NCBI RefSeq assembly: GCF_009834535.1
Contig: NC_045696.1
Location: 40,922,001-40,986,000, forward strand
Source of the DNA: Camelus ferus
Taxonomy: Eukaryota
Length of the DNA: 64,000 nt
Direction of reading: 5' to 3'
Shown: piece by piece, positions 49,937 through 62,339 of the stretch
Layout of the letters: each line of letters begins with the position of its first letter
How positions within the stretch are numbered: the stretch's first letter is position 1
Notes under the pieces: model-generated
Databases searched by the model: none
Told to the model about the DNA's origin: nothing
What the model saw: the letters and a program-made list of their open reading frames with translations, nothing else
Made by a program: the position numbers and the translations under genes

Positions 49937-52900
49937 TGCACTCGGGTCCCAAAGACCACCCCCAGCTTTGGTGGATCACTAAAATGATTCACAGGGCTCA
50001 GCATATAATTGTACTCATAGCTAAGATTTGTAACAGTGAAAGGATGCAAAGCAAAATCAGTGAAGTGAAAAGGCACTTAGCTGAGGTCCAGAGGAAATCT
50101 GTCTCAAGCTTCCAAGAGTCCTTTCCCAGTGGATTCCCACATGATGTGCTTAATTCCTCCAGCAATGAGTTGTGGCAACATGTGCTAAGTGCTGTTAACC
50201 AGGGAAGCTCATAAGAGCCTCAGAACCCAAGGCTTTTACTGGATTCTGGTCCTGTAGGCATGCTCTTCCTGGCAGGTACCGAAACTCTAGACCTCCAGAA
50301 GAAGAGCAGTTGTTTGGCATAAACCATGGTTGTACAAGCAGTTCAGGCCATTCTTATCAGGCAGGGGAAGTTTTATATCACTGCAGGGAACTGACCGCTA
50401 GCCAAGTTCCCAGATACCTTGCAAGGAGGCCTTTCTAAGGATAGGCAGTCTCCGGCTGCTGTGTTAACTCTTTTCTGCAAAATCCTCCCTCTTGGCTAAG
50501 ACATTTTTAGAGCAAAATTATTATCGGTAAGATCCCGTGCAGCAGGGGTGGAAGCAACCCGCAGTACTGACTTTTGTTGTGCCCTCCAGGCGGCCTGGAG
50601 TTAGCCAACTTAAATCCCATGAACGATAAAGGTCAATCTTAAAAAGCCAAGTGGCTTTCTCCTTAAGTTTTTGTCTTAACCTTTTTAACCTGGCTTGAGC
50701 CATCAATTCAAGCACAGCACAACACTGACCCGTACCTGCATGCCTTCCAGGACTGAGATGGTCCATGATAGTTAAGGTACACACACAAGAAGTACAATTC
50801 CAGAGAGTGCCCTTGGAAACAAAAAGTTTGCAATTGTTAAGTCCCCCCAGTGAGGACATACATTAGGGAATACAGGTTAAGAGGATCTCCAGTGTGGCTT
50901 TCCATTGTGTGTCCTTCTGCCCTAGGGCTCGCTGTCCAGTCCAAAGAATTCAGGTGAGTCCTTAGTTTTAGAAGGATTCCCAGAAGGCAGTCAGTTTCAA
51001 TCAGTTTTGCTTGTCTTTGACATCAGTTCATCTGCCTTTTAAGTGAGGACAACATCCAGAGGTGTTCTTCATGGATGTGTAGGGGCTGGGGACATTTCCT
51101 GCTGTGTCATAGTCAGCGATGTTAGGTGTGATCATAGGCTTAGCAGCCAGTTTGAATTCAAGATCTCACAGCATCTCGGGATCGCAACACACATTCAGGA
51201 GCAGTTATGAAAAACAGAGCAGTTATGAAAAACGAATCATTAATGGCCACCTTTCCCTGCATCTCCCAGGGGCTGGCTTTTTGCTTTTTTCTGTTATTAC
51301 AAAATCAGTGTGTCTCATACCATAATCATAACCTCACATTTTTTTTCCCAAATCATTTTTTATTCTCATCTAGACCTTTCATCAGGAAGCATTTGGTATA
51401 AAGAGGGTGCTGAGAATTTAGCTAAGCCACTCCGTGGTTTTGCAGCCTCAGCATCCATTTTGTTTGGTCAAGCAGCCAGCAGTGACCTGAAACTGACACT
51501 AGTCCCCTCAGGCAAATCCGCGCCCTAGATGGCAGCCCATAGTCACAAGGAAATATAAGGTCCTGATATGACTTCTCCAACAGCACTTGTATTCAGCCAT
51601 CTCCCTTGTCTCCCAGTGGCTTCCCCTTATGTGCTCCTTAGAGAAAACTGATAAGAACTTTGTGGGACTTGTCAAAACCCTGCTGTTCTGATTTGAATTG
51701 ACTAAGCTGGCCTTAGCCCAGGAATCGCAAAGCACTCTACCCACAGGCTAATAAAAACATGTTCCCCAGGTCCTGCATCTCTCTGTCTGCACACTGCCTT
51801 GAACTCCCCATGTGGCCCCTCAAGGCACGTACTTCCTCCAGGACCAGTGAGTAATGAATTTCATTACTTTAATTCCTCTTGTGGTCTGTTGTTGAACGAC
51901 AGCTCACCATCTGACACCCTGCACTCCACTTACTAAGTATTAATTTAACAAATTCAAACAGAGGAAGAGAAGAATTTACATAGAAAGACATTTTAAATAA
52001 ACAACAAGAAAGACACATCATGTTCAGGGACTGGTTGAACAAAATCCTGAATTTTCAAGTTTTCAGAATATGTTTACATAACCCCCAGGCCTTTCATCCT
52101 ACTCATGTATGTAGTAAATAGCCTGGAAAAAATCAATCTCTGTTTGAGGACATCTATATTTACTAATCAAACTGCCTAACTAAAAAGAAAGATGAGTTAA
52201 GTAGAATCAGGTTATCAGTCCATTGTTGCAAATTTCACATAACTTAAAAATCCAAACAGGAGTCAACAGCAGTGAGACATCCTTGGGAAGAAGGGGTTGA
52301 GAATCCCACCTGCCAGGAGTGGAAGGAGAGGTCCCACTCCCTATATGCTATATATGCTCTCTCCCAGCTTGGAGCTTTTGACAGGAGTCATAAGTTAGGT
52401 TTCTTGTGATTAATCATCTCATATGCAATTAGTCCCTGCCTTAGATATACAGAGCCACTAGCAGCTTGGTTTCAGATGGTCCCATCAGAGAGCAAACCCT
52501 TCCCCATGGGCATCTGCAAATGACCCATGTGGTCCAGTCAGCATCCATAATGTTTTTTATAGTTTATGGCCCCACAGGGGTGGGGGTGGTCTTAAATTTC
52601 CAATAGTTCCAGGGTCTGAATTCTGTTTCTTGAGCCTTTGTCTGCTTTCAGAGGTTGAAGTGGTCCATCACAGACATTATGAGGTTTCATCCTACCATTA
52701 GGTCCAGGCAAATAGGATCTCTGAATTCAGGATTCCAAAAAAAATCCAATGACTTTTCTTCTTTAGTGGCAGCAAAGTCAAGAGACTTCAGGGCCAGACA
52801 GTGAGGTTCCAAGTCCTTCTAAGCCCCTTTTATCTTGTCAGACTTAAAGTCCAAATTGACCCACTCAAAAATATGTGCATTATGCTGGAAAATCATTATC

Positions 52901-54199
52901 CTCTAAGGGTCAGACATCTGATTTTACAAGAACTTATTAGCAAACCGAAAACTACCTTTTAAGACTCAAATGTATATTTTCCTGTGGGTATTTTCTCTCC
53001 TTTCATATTGTCTATCTTTCTCCATAGGCTCCAAAAGGCAAAAATCTTAGCAAAAATAATCAGTTGTGAGATTTCAATACTCAAATATTCAGAGTTTAAA
53101 TTTTAACCCATCCACCAGCAGCAAAAAAGCAAGGAATTTATATTCTACTAACACCTTTGATTGGGCACTTTCCCCTGATTGGGATAATCCCTCTAGCATG
53201 TATGAAATTATAAGCATATAATATTTTATATCAGTTTTCATCATGCATCTAAAAGCAATAGCCATGAAATAAAAAGTCATTTTTTGAAAGTCTCTCTTTT
53301 TTTTTTTTTCATTGCAAGTTTACTCAAACCTCCAGCAGTAAACTCAGCACTTTCAGGATTAACATTACAGCTACTGAGGAATCTCAGCTGGAATGCAAGG
53401 GACTGCTGTCCAGTGGATAGACTATTGTTTTTTCTCTCTCCTTTATTTCTGATTTATCTAAAGCTTGCTTCAGCCTTGGCACTGACTTAATCTTTTCTTC
53501 TCCCACCTGGAGGAGTGAGCAATATAAACACTTAACATTTTGGCTCACCCAAAATGTTTTTTTGGGAATGTTTGGACCCTTTTCCCTCCTACCTGGAGGA
53601 GAGAACAAAACCCAAAGGCATCATTCAGGCTGCACTTTTTAATCTCTTCACTTAAGCTATCATTGCAAAAAGCAGCCAACTCATCCAATGAGCCAATTCT
53701 CCTGGGGTTGGATGTACCATTTTAAAATTCCTTAGGTAATCTTTACCTATCACAATAGACATCATCTCTGCTGCCTTTTCATACCACAGATAACTAGTTT
53801 ATCATTATGTACCCATCATCCTTTTCCCAAGCACTGCTTTAGCCATATTTCAGTGAGTTGGGGTGGTTTTAGTGACTCCCACTTCTGACACCAACTGCCA
53901 CACCCAGTTTGGGGAATTACTAGAAATATCCACAGGACTCATCATATAGTTATATTTGTGGATAAGATTTATTACACTGAAAGGATACAAAATAAAAATC
54001 AGAAAAGGGAAAGGCATATCTGGTGAAGTCCAAAGGAAACTAGGAATAAGCTTCCAGAATTCCTTTTTCAATGAAATACCATAGGATGTGCTAATTCCAC
54101 CAGCAATAAATTGTGGTGACATGTGTGAAATGTTGTCTACATGCTCATTCAAGACTTAGTGCCCAGGGTTTTTATTGGGTACTGGTCATGTAGGCACTC
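49937..54199 (-). mobile_element. Decayed MER21-type endogenous retrovirus: 3' LTR about 49937-50481, internal region, partial 5' LTR about 53896-54199
   Basis: Two same-orientation homologous LTR segments (tgaaaggatgcaaagcaaaatcag vs tgaaaggatacaaaataaaaatcag; gatgtgcttaattcctccagcaat vs gatgtgctaattccaccagcaat). Polypurine tract at 50482-50495; tRNA-Leu PBS at 53877-53893. Confidence 0.8.
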
Positions 54200-54329
54200 T
54201 ATTATGAACTCAATGTTTCTAATCCTCCAAAATTCATATGTTGAAGCCTAATGTGATAGTATTTGGAGTAGAGCCTTTAGAAGGTAAATAGATTATAAAG
54301 ATGGGTCTGTCAGGAATAGGATTAGTGCC
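54200..54329 (+). mobile_element. MLT1A-like LTR 5' fragment
   Basis: ccaaaattcatatgttgaagcctaa...tgtgatagtatttggag...ggattagtgcc. Confidence 0.75.
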
Positions 54330-54752
54330 TCTGGGGTTAATTTTATATGTCAACTTGACTGGCTAGGAGGTGCCCACACTAAACATTATTTCTGCCATAT
54401 TTGTAAGGATATTTCTAGATGAGGTTAACATTTGAATCAGTGGGCTCAGTAAAGTAAAATGTTCAGTGTAGGTGGGAACCATACAATCAGTTGAGGGCTG
54501 GAATAGAACAGAAGGCAAGAGGAAGAATTCACTTCTTTTTTTTTCTCCCCTGTCTCACTGCTTGAGCTGGGATATCTCATCTCATTTTCTTCTGTGCTTG
54601 ACTAGGATTTACACCATTCCTTCCCCTGGAGGTCATTAGACTCAGACTGAACTACACCACTAGCTTTCTTGGATCTCCAGCTTGCAAATGGCAGATTGTG
54701 GAGCTTCTCAGTCTTTATAGTTGCATGAGCCAATTCCTCATCATAAATCTCC
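54330..54752 (+). mobile_element. MLT2-type LTR, 3'-truncated
   Basis: ggttaattttatatgtcaacttgactgg...aaacattatttctg...ctccagcttgcaaatggcagattgtg...tgagccaattcc. Confidence 0.82.
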
Positions 54753-55429
54753 ATTATAAACCTTTTTTCCCCCCTGCACATTTTCCAATATTTGTCTATA
54801 AGGCATTAAGGGAAGGGTTCAGAAGCCAAAGAGACAGATATTACTCAAAGAGGTGAAAATAAAGTCTTATTTCTTTCCCCCAAAATACTTTAAAGTAATA
54901 AGTAGATATTATTTGCTCTGATTTCTCCATCCCTTGCCCATAGATTTATTTTTGTTTCATAAATTGGAAGAAAAGACACTTCTGTCTTAAAAAAGAAAAG
55001 AAAAGAGGTCTATCCACAGTCGGTTTTTGTGGACAGACCTGGTCCTGTTCTTCTAAGAGAAGTTATCTGGTTTCTTTAATAACAGAGACAACCAACAGTG
55101 ATGGCATAGAGTTAGGTATTTTTCTATCTCATCTGGGTCATTGAGAAGCCAGCCTCCCTCCATTCTTTAATAAAAATATAACAAAGCAACAAGCATGCAT
55201 CCCATTATATAAAGCAAGAAATAAAAATGTTGCAAGCCATTTTATGTTTTGGTCACTTTCCCTTAGTAACATAAATTGTGGAACAGTGCTTTAGGAACAT
55301 TGGCTATAATTATTAAGCCCATTTTTACAGCTCAAGGAAGAATTTTCATATGGAAAATGGCCAAGAATTCTTCTGTTTGAAAATGCAAGATTTACCAAAA
55401 GTTTCTGGGAAAAAAATTTTCTGGGAATA

Positions 55430-55660
55430 CTAGCAGAATGGTGGGGAGAGCCTGGACTTTGCTATGCTCCTTGCTTCAAACTTGGCTTTGCTGCTCAGGA
55501 GTAATTTCATCTTGGGCAAATGATGATCTATTCAATCTCAGTTTCCTTATCTATAAAATATGATGAAAATATCTAGGCACAGGATTGTTATAGTGAAAAT
55601 AGCATATGTAAACTACTTGACTCCATACCTGTCACAAAGTAGGGGCTCAATAAATGTAAT
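55430..55660 (+). mobile_element. MIR SINE
   Basis: Core cttgggcaaa...tctcagtttccttatctataaaat...caggattgtt...gctcaataaatg. Confidence 0.65.
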
Positions 55661-55699
55661 ATTCTTCTTACCTTGAAAAAAAATTCCCACTAAAAGACA

Positions 55700-56170
55700 G
55701 CTTTATTTATAATAACCCCAACTGGGAACAACCCAGATAGCTCCAAATGACCATCAATAGTAGACTGAACTTTTAGAAGTTGAATTATCATAAAATGTAA
55801 TGCTATGCAGCATGAACTACTGTTACTATAAAAGCATGGGTAAATCTCACCAGTGCAATGGTAAATGACACAAAATTATACACACTATCTAATTCCATTA
55901 AAATAAAGTTCAAAAACAGGCAAAATTAATCTATAGTGACAGAGGTCAGAAGCCTTAGCCTTTTGGAGGAAGGTTAGGCTGGAAGGGGGAAGGAGGGGGG
56001 CAGCTGGGATCCGTGACATGTTTCATGTTTTCACCTGCATAGCTGTGGTCATAGAGAGGTGTATGTATGAAAAATTCATCAGACTATACACTTAAGATTT
56101 GTACATTTTACATGTACCTGTACATTATTTACATTTGTACATGTATAAATAATATGTCAATTAAAAAAAA
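55700..56170 (+). mobile_element. Ancient L1 3' end fragment
   Basis: ccatcaatagtaga...catgggtaaatctcac...aagttcaaaaacaggcaaaattaatctatagtgacagaggtcagaa...tacacttaagatttgtacatttta. Confidence 0.7.
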
Positions 56171-56753
56171 CTACTCCCTTTGCCCCAGGACCTGGATTTT
56201 ACATCAATATCAAATTTATTTATTAGGAGAGTATCTCGCTCTAGATATGACATGCCAGTAGCTGGCTATCTTGCAGGCTGCAGTCTGTTCCTTGTAACTG
56301 GCCCCGTTTCAGAGTTGGCCTGGAGCTGACAGGCATATTATGAGGGTCATGCTCCATCATCATTGACAGCTGGAGATGCCATCACATGCCATCAGCAGCA
56401 AAGCACAGGGAAAACCAGGCAGTGGACTGTGCTTCCCACCCTTAGGCTGCGAGGCACAAGCCCCAGCAATGGAAGGATTAAAAAGCCTCTCAATTTAAAA
56501 AGACAGGGGGAGGGGAGGGGAATGTGGGCTGTACAGTTTATAAATAGACATTACCAGAGGCTGCCTGATGGTGAAGTGGTTATTTAGTAAATCTTTCTCC
56601 TTTAAGGTTTCCGTTATCAGAGACCATCTGAAAACACCAGCCTCGTTTTGTCTTTGGGGGTAGATACTGGGTTTCATCAAGTCAGCCCTGTTGGGTAATA
56701 TTTCTGTCTGCCAGATTTAGGGACAGGCCTCCGATACTTTGAGTCACCTTTAC

Positions 56754-56909
56754 ATGGAGCACAAAGATGATGATGATGATGATGTGTCTTTTGCCAAATG
56801 GATGAGCAGCTTCTGGGGTCACAGCTGGATAGAGGAGGAAGAGAGAGGACTCCGGGACCGCCACGGATCACAAGACGCCAGTTACAGGAAAACCTCCCTG
56901 CCCTGCCCA
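56754..56909 (+). CDS. LNP1: Leukemia NUP98 fusion partner 1, first coding exon (52 aa; later exons outside the window)
   Basis: MEHKDDDDDDVSFAKWMSSFWGHSW...RKTSLPCP matches the recalled LNP1 N-terminus. Donor CCA|gtgagt at 56910; acceptor AG ending at 56714 or 56720. Head-to-head position with TOMM70 matches human synteny. Confidence 0.95.
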
Positions 56910-59900
56910 GTGAGTTTTTATCATGGAACCAGGGGAGAGCTGGCCTAGGGGAGGGGGATTTCTATTTGATCTTTCTGAAGAGTCCTTTGGTATAAAGTTT
57001 TCTTTGGTTGAAAATCAGTACTTCAAAACCTTTTTTTATACTCATAAAATTCCCTTTTATCATATTATCTTGTCCTCCAAGGGAACTGATTTTCATCTAT
57101 TAAGTAATGATTCCTTCATTTTTAGCAACTAAGCTATATTTAACTGCTATCCAGGGCTCCTGATAAGCCTGAGATAATCCTATTGAGTGGTAATGTAATT
57201 CGAGCCAAAGGGAAAAAACTTGATGTTATAGTCTGTATAGCACTGGGGTGGATCAGTGTGCGATTTCCAATAATCCTTTTGAAATACTGCAGAAGCTCCA
57301 CTATTTGGTGGCCTCCAAGGAACTGGGGATTCTACATAATAAATCACTATCTTTGGTTTTCTGGTGGGAGAGAAAGCTAAAATTCTCCCATCCTCAGCAC
57401 TATTTCCCCATGGCTAGGCAGAGCATCCGGTGTCGAGGGAGGCAGATGTGAGCGGGCAAGCTCCTAAGAGGGGACTGGGTGGGCCTGACCAGGTGTAGAC
57501 TTGACAGCAGGGACAGGCAGGGTTCTTTCTGCTCAACTGAGGTGCCAGAAGGCTCCACGGTAGACATGTATGTCCTCTACTTCACAGTTATACAGGAATA
57601 TTATAGCTTTTCTTTTTCACGTCACTTAGAATTCCAGCTACCAGAGAATATTTCCCCAACCCCCTGCTTCTGCTAACTCCAGAACCAAATAAGTTTTGGA
57701 GCAATGTTATTTTATTTTTCCTCCAGAGTTCCCAGAAGCATAATGCATATGAAGTATATTAAAATGTACAGAGGAAAAAAAGAGAGGAGGGGAGAAACAA
57801 AAAAAATAAAATGTAAGGCAATCTCTTTTGCTTTCAATGATCAGGGAGTTTGAGGACTAAGATCTCTTTGAGACATAAATATTTGAAAATAGATCTCTTA
57901 CAAATGCAAGCTCAGGGACAAAGGGCACGTTTGAGCTTTAGATTCTTTAAGTGAAAAACGAGAGAGTTTGCACTGAATGATCTCTAAGAACCCTTCTAGC
58001 TCTAACTTTCTACCATTCCTTTGTAAAATAAACACCTGCTTATCAAGCTCTCATTTTAACCTCTGAAGTCTCACATTAAGTGAGGTATTCATAATGTGTG
58101 AACCACGGGTGTGATGACTATTTGCCAGACAGTGAGAACCAGAAAGAAACAAAGAGAAAAAAAAATGAGATTCACTATTTATCACAACAGCCCTTTGGAG
58201 AAAATATGAAATACGAATATACAGAAAATATGAAAACACGGAAAGAAATGACTTACAGTTTCTTGAATAACTTTTAGCATCTACTAGACTTTAAAAACAG
58301 GGATAATCCACCCTATTAAGAGAAGCCACTTACAGTTTGCAATGTTGTTTGCCTTAAACTGTCAGGGAATCTCAGAATTTGTTTTGTGTAACGTTTCTAG
58401 ATTGGGCAGATATATCTTTTCCTGCTCATACTGGCTTTGGGCATTTCCTTGAATTAACCTGTTTAGATTCTTTAAGTCAACAATGAATTCCATAATTATC
58501 AGACTAACATGCAGAAAGCATATTTGAGGAGACAAAGCGTGGGGTACACATCACAACCTGCCTGAGTAGAGAAAGCACAGATCCCAGAGCACAGATCAGG
58601 GACCTGAGGCAATGTGGCCAGAATCCTGGCAAATAGGATGTCTGAGTCTTCATCTCTGTGCACACAATGCCCTGCATTTGTGAAGTCAATCTGTAGTTGG
58701 CTACTGAACTTTTCTCAACTCTAAAATGTGCTCAAATTTTTCTTGCTTTAGAGATTTGAGAATAATTGGGTTTTCAATTTTTGTGTTTGCTTTGAGCACA
58801 ATGAAAATAATTTTTAAAAAAGCTTACTCCTACCTTATCTTTTTTCTTCTCTCCCCACCACTCCAATCTAAGGCTCTTCCTTCTTGCAACCTATTAGTAA
58901 ACTACATCCATCAGTATTATGGGTGTAGGAAGAGAAGAAATTTCCCCTTTTTTCCTATTTCAATGTGATTTCTAATGTGGCTCTTCAGCCTTATGATTCT
59001 TGCAGAACCAGAGTGATGGAGCATTAATTCATTCAACATATTTATCAAACACCTACTATGTGCCCAGCATTGTGCAAGGCATGATAGGATTACAGAGTCA
59101 AAGAAGACATACGTGGTCTCTGTGCTTGTGGAACTTCCAGTCTAGTGGCAAATACAAATGTGGCAGAAAGAAAAAGGTAGACAAGGGGTAACGCTTGGTC
59201 TTTCTCGGAGAACATGACTTTTGACAAGACTCATTATAATGTGATTGCTGATTCAATGCAAATTACAAAATCTAAATTTACTGTCCTGAGGTCCTTGGTG
59301 AAAAGGAAAAAAGTAAGTAATACGAAGTTTCTCTCCACACTGAACTGATCTACCTTCTCCCTCCCTCCTCACCTGTATACAAACCTGAAGTAAAACAGTC
59401 CCCATATTCCTTATTTATTCTATCCATTGAAAGTGAATTTGCAATACTTTAGTCTATTCAACTTTCTAGTCATCTTCTCCTTCAGCTTAACATGGTTCTT
59501 CTAATGTTGTTCTGTACAGACCTAGGAAGGAAGGATTACGCTAAATGAAAGACCTCTTCAAGGAGGAACTGAGTTCCCTGGCCTAGGGCTTTGCTAACTC
59601 CAAATGGTCTTTCTCAATGCCTCTTCAGTGCTCAAGGTAGGCACAGTGTGTGTTGGCCTACATGGTATCATCCGAGGGGATACAAAATAAGCCTCTACCT
59701 GTCTGCACTCAAGGGATAACTTTATCTTTTAAAAAATAATCACCTTTAACCAATTTTATGTTCTCTCTTCATATTCCCAATTGAAAGCAGCAGAAGATAC
59801 ATTTCATTTTAATTTTTATCCCTGGTTGATCGGAGGGTGGCTACACACTCTTATCATTGTCGTATCTCACCACAGCGGTGGTCCTCCTGTAGCTGCCCCC

Positions 59901-60169
59901 ACAGGGATGGGGTGGGAAATGGCCCCCTTAGAGGATTTCTCAGACACCTGAAAAGAAAGGGATGCCCTGAAGTTTCATGACTAACAGTGGTTTCTGGTTT
60001 TTCAGATTAAGTTTGGATTTAATTTCAATAGAAGACAATGCCTAATTCAAAGAAATGAAACTAGTGATAGAATTTCAGGCATCAGTGACAATTATACAGA
60101 GAAGCTTTGATCATAATGTTCTGTGGGCTTTTCTCTCTTCCACTAGATGCTGAGATAGAGGAGTTGCTG

Positions 60170-60392
60170 GGAAGGCAGCAGAGTGGAGGGGTTAAGAGTG
60201 AGGGCTCTGGCCGTAGCCTCCTGGCATCTACCACTGGCAGCATAACTCTGAGCAAGTTCCTTAACCTGTCTGCCTCAGACTTCCTATGTGTAAATAGGAT
60301 TGATGATGACAGAATATATCTCATAGGATGTTGTGAAGATTCAGTGAGTAATGAGTACAATGTGCTTAGGACAGTGCCTAGTCCTAATAAGA
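60170..60392 (+). mobile_element. MIR SINE
   Basis: ggttaagagtgagggctctgg...gagcaagttccttaacctgtctgcctcag...tctcataggatgttgtgaagatt...gtgcttaggacagtgcct. Confidence 0.8.
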
Positions 60393-61364
60393 ACCTATTC
60401 TTCTTATATGTCAGAGTTTAAAATGTCTTTCAGTTTCCCTAAAGGATATTCAGTGGATGGTATTGACCTACCATTTTACCAGTTGAACACTTGAATCTTT
60501 TTTTTTTACCCCTGATGCTGTTTTCATATATTGCTAGTTGGGTACAACCCTCTGGGATCTGTTGATAGGCAACTAGACTACATTATAAAATATTCCTCAC
60601 ATAAATTCTTTTAGACTAATTCCTGAAGACCTACAAATTATTATTATTACTTTCATAATAGAATTCTGTTATAAGTAGTACAGGCAGTTTCACACAGAAA
60701 TAGAATGAAGTTGTTGCTGCTGTTGAAGTTTAGGAGTATTCATCCAAGAAAGAGACGTCTTATGCTTAGGCACGGCACTTTACCTCTCCAGGAAAGTCAC
60801 TAGTCACGTGAATCTTAGGCGAGTCATTTAGACAAAGTAAAATTCATTTTCCTCATCTGTAAAAGGGGAAGAATGACTTGCTTGTAGGAGTCTTTCTGAG
60901 GCTAGAGACCAAGGACGCAGTACCCGGAGTACATGATAAGTGCCCTGAGATCAGCACAGGTCTTACTAATCTCAGCAGCTGGATCTTCCTCCCCATTGTT
61001 TCTCATCTTGCTGTTAAATGGGTAGTTCAGGTGCTTGCATTTACTCAGAGGGCAGGAGGGGTACAACTGAAGGGTGATTGTAATTAAAGCCAGAATAAAG
61101 AACATCAAGTAGGTAATCTCCTGAAGTGAAGATAATAGTACATAACTTTTTTTTTTTTTTAAAAGATGAGAACCTATGTGGGGTCAGAGAGTGCATAGGT
61201 CTTTTCTTTGACAAAAATGGTTTTCTGGGACCACACTGGGAAACAGCAATGCTTTTAAAGCACAATGTTTTAGTGAGAGTCAGGGTGTTGGGTGGTTATT
61301 ACTTTGGAAGTCAACGTCAGCTGCAGGCTTTGTAGCCTGGGAGCTGAGGAGACTAGCTGGGAGC

Positions 61365-61452
61365 TCGGGGAGCTCGGGGCAGGGTGTGGGGGGGGGGAGT
61401 AGGTGGGGGAGGGGTGGGGATAGGTGGGGGAGGGGTGGGGGTGGGGGGGCGG
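61365..61452 (+). repeat. G-rich tract with two tandem copies of taggtgggggaggggtgggg
   Basis: More than ten runs of 3 or more G, including one long G homopolymer, read directly. Confidence 0.9.
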
Positions 61453-61884
61453 TTCCCATCCCAAGTGCCAGAGCCTGCCTCATAGCATGGGAGATCCATT
61501 GATAGGGTTGGTCCATGGCAATGGAGGTGACAAGTCCATACCTTGTAAAAATAAGCTATTTAGGGCATTGATTCAAGTCTTTATCAGGGAAATAGAATTA
61601 GAAGGGCATATAAAATTTCCAAAAGTCGAGCTTGCTTAGGAAGTAAATATTTTTAAAAGTGGGAGCTTTTCCCTGTAACCAATTAGAATGCTCTCTTAGG
61701 CTTGTTTCTCACAAGGTCTCACACCAAAACAAACAAACTGGAAATTTCACCTGACATCAGGTGTATGAGTGTATACCTTATTTATGTTTCGATGGAAACC
61801 CTTGCCACTCTTTTCAGGCCTCTCAATGAAGGAGGACATTTGTACAAACACCTGCATTTCACTCCCAGGCTCAACTCTTTAAAT

Positions 61885-62178
61885 TTTATTTTTAAAAGTT
61901 TAGTGCTATAGGAACATGTAACATGAGATCTACCCTCTTAGCAGATTTTTAAGTGTACAATACAATGTTGTTATCTATCGGTACAATGTTGTATAAATAC
62001 AGACCTCCACAACTTAACTCATCTTGCATAATTCAAACTATACCCGTTGATTAGCAACTCCCCATTTCTGCCTCCTCCCAGCCCTTGGCAAGCTCTATTC
62101 TATTCCTTGCTTTTATGACCTTGACTACTTCAGATGCCTCCTGTAAATGGAAACATGCAGTATTGGTCCTACTGTGTC
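61885..62178 (-). mobile_element. L1MA/MB-type 3' end fragment
   Basis: aacatgagatctaccctcttagcagatttttaagtgtacaatac...actcatcttgcataa...cagcccttggcaa. Confidence 0.8.
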
Positions 62179-62339
62179 CCAGCCTCAAAATTTTTAAGTT
62201 TTTTTCCTGATAATATAATGCATGATTGCTGTAGACAAATATGGAAAATATGAAAAAGGAAAAGGACGAAAACAACCCCACATCACAGAGAAAGCCCTTG
62301 GTCACAGTTGTGTGTGTTTTAGGGCTGATATCACTTTAA

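Noticed and set aside
49358..50214. 144-aa and 116-aa plus-strand ORFs
   Set aside because: No recognisable domain; the second lies mostly in an LTR on its antisense strand.
50521..50859. Cys-rich ORF next to the 3' LTR as a possible env remnant
   Set aside because: The position fits, but there is no clear furin site, immunosuppressive domain, CX6CC spacing or TM helix; it cannot be supported without an HMM search.
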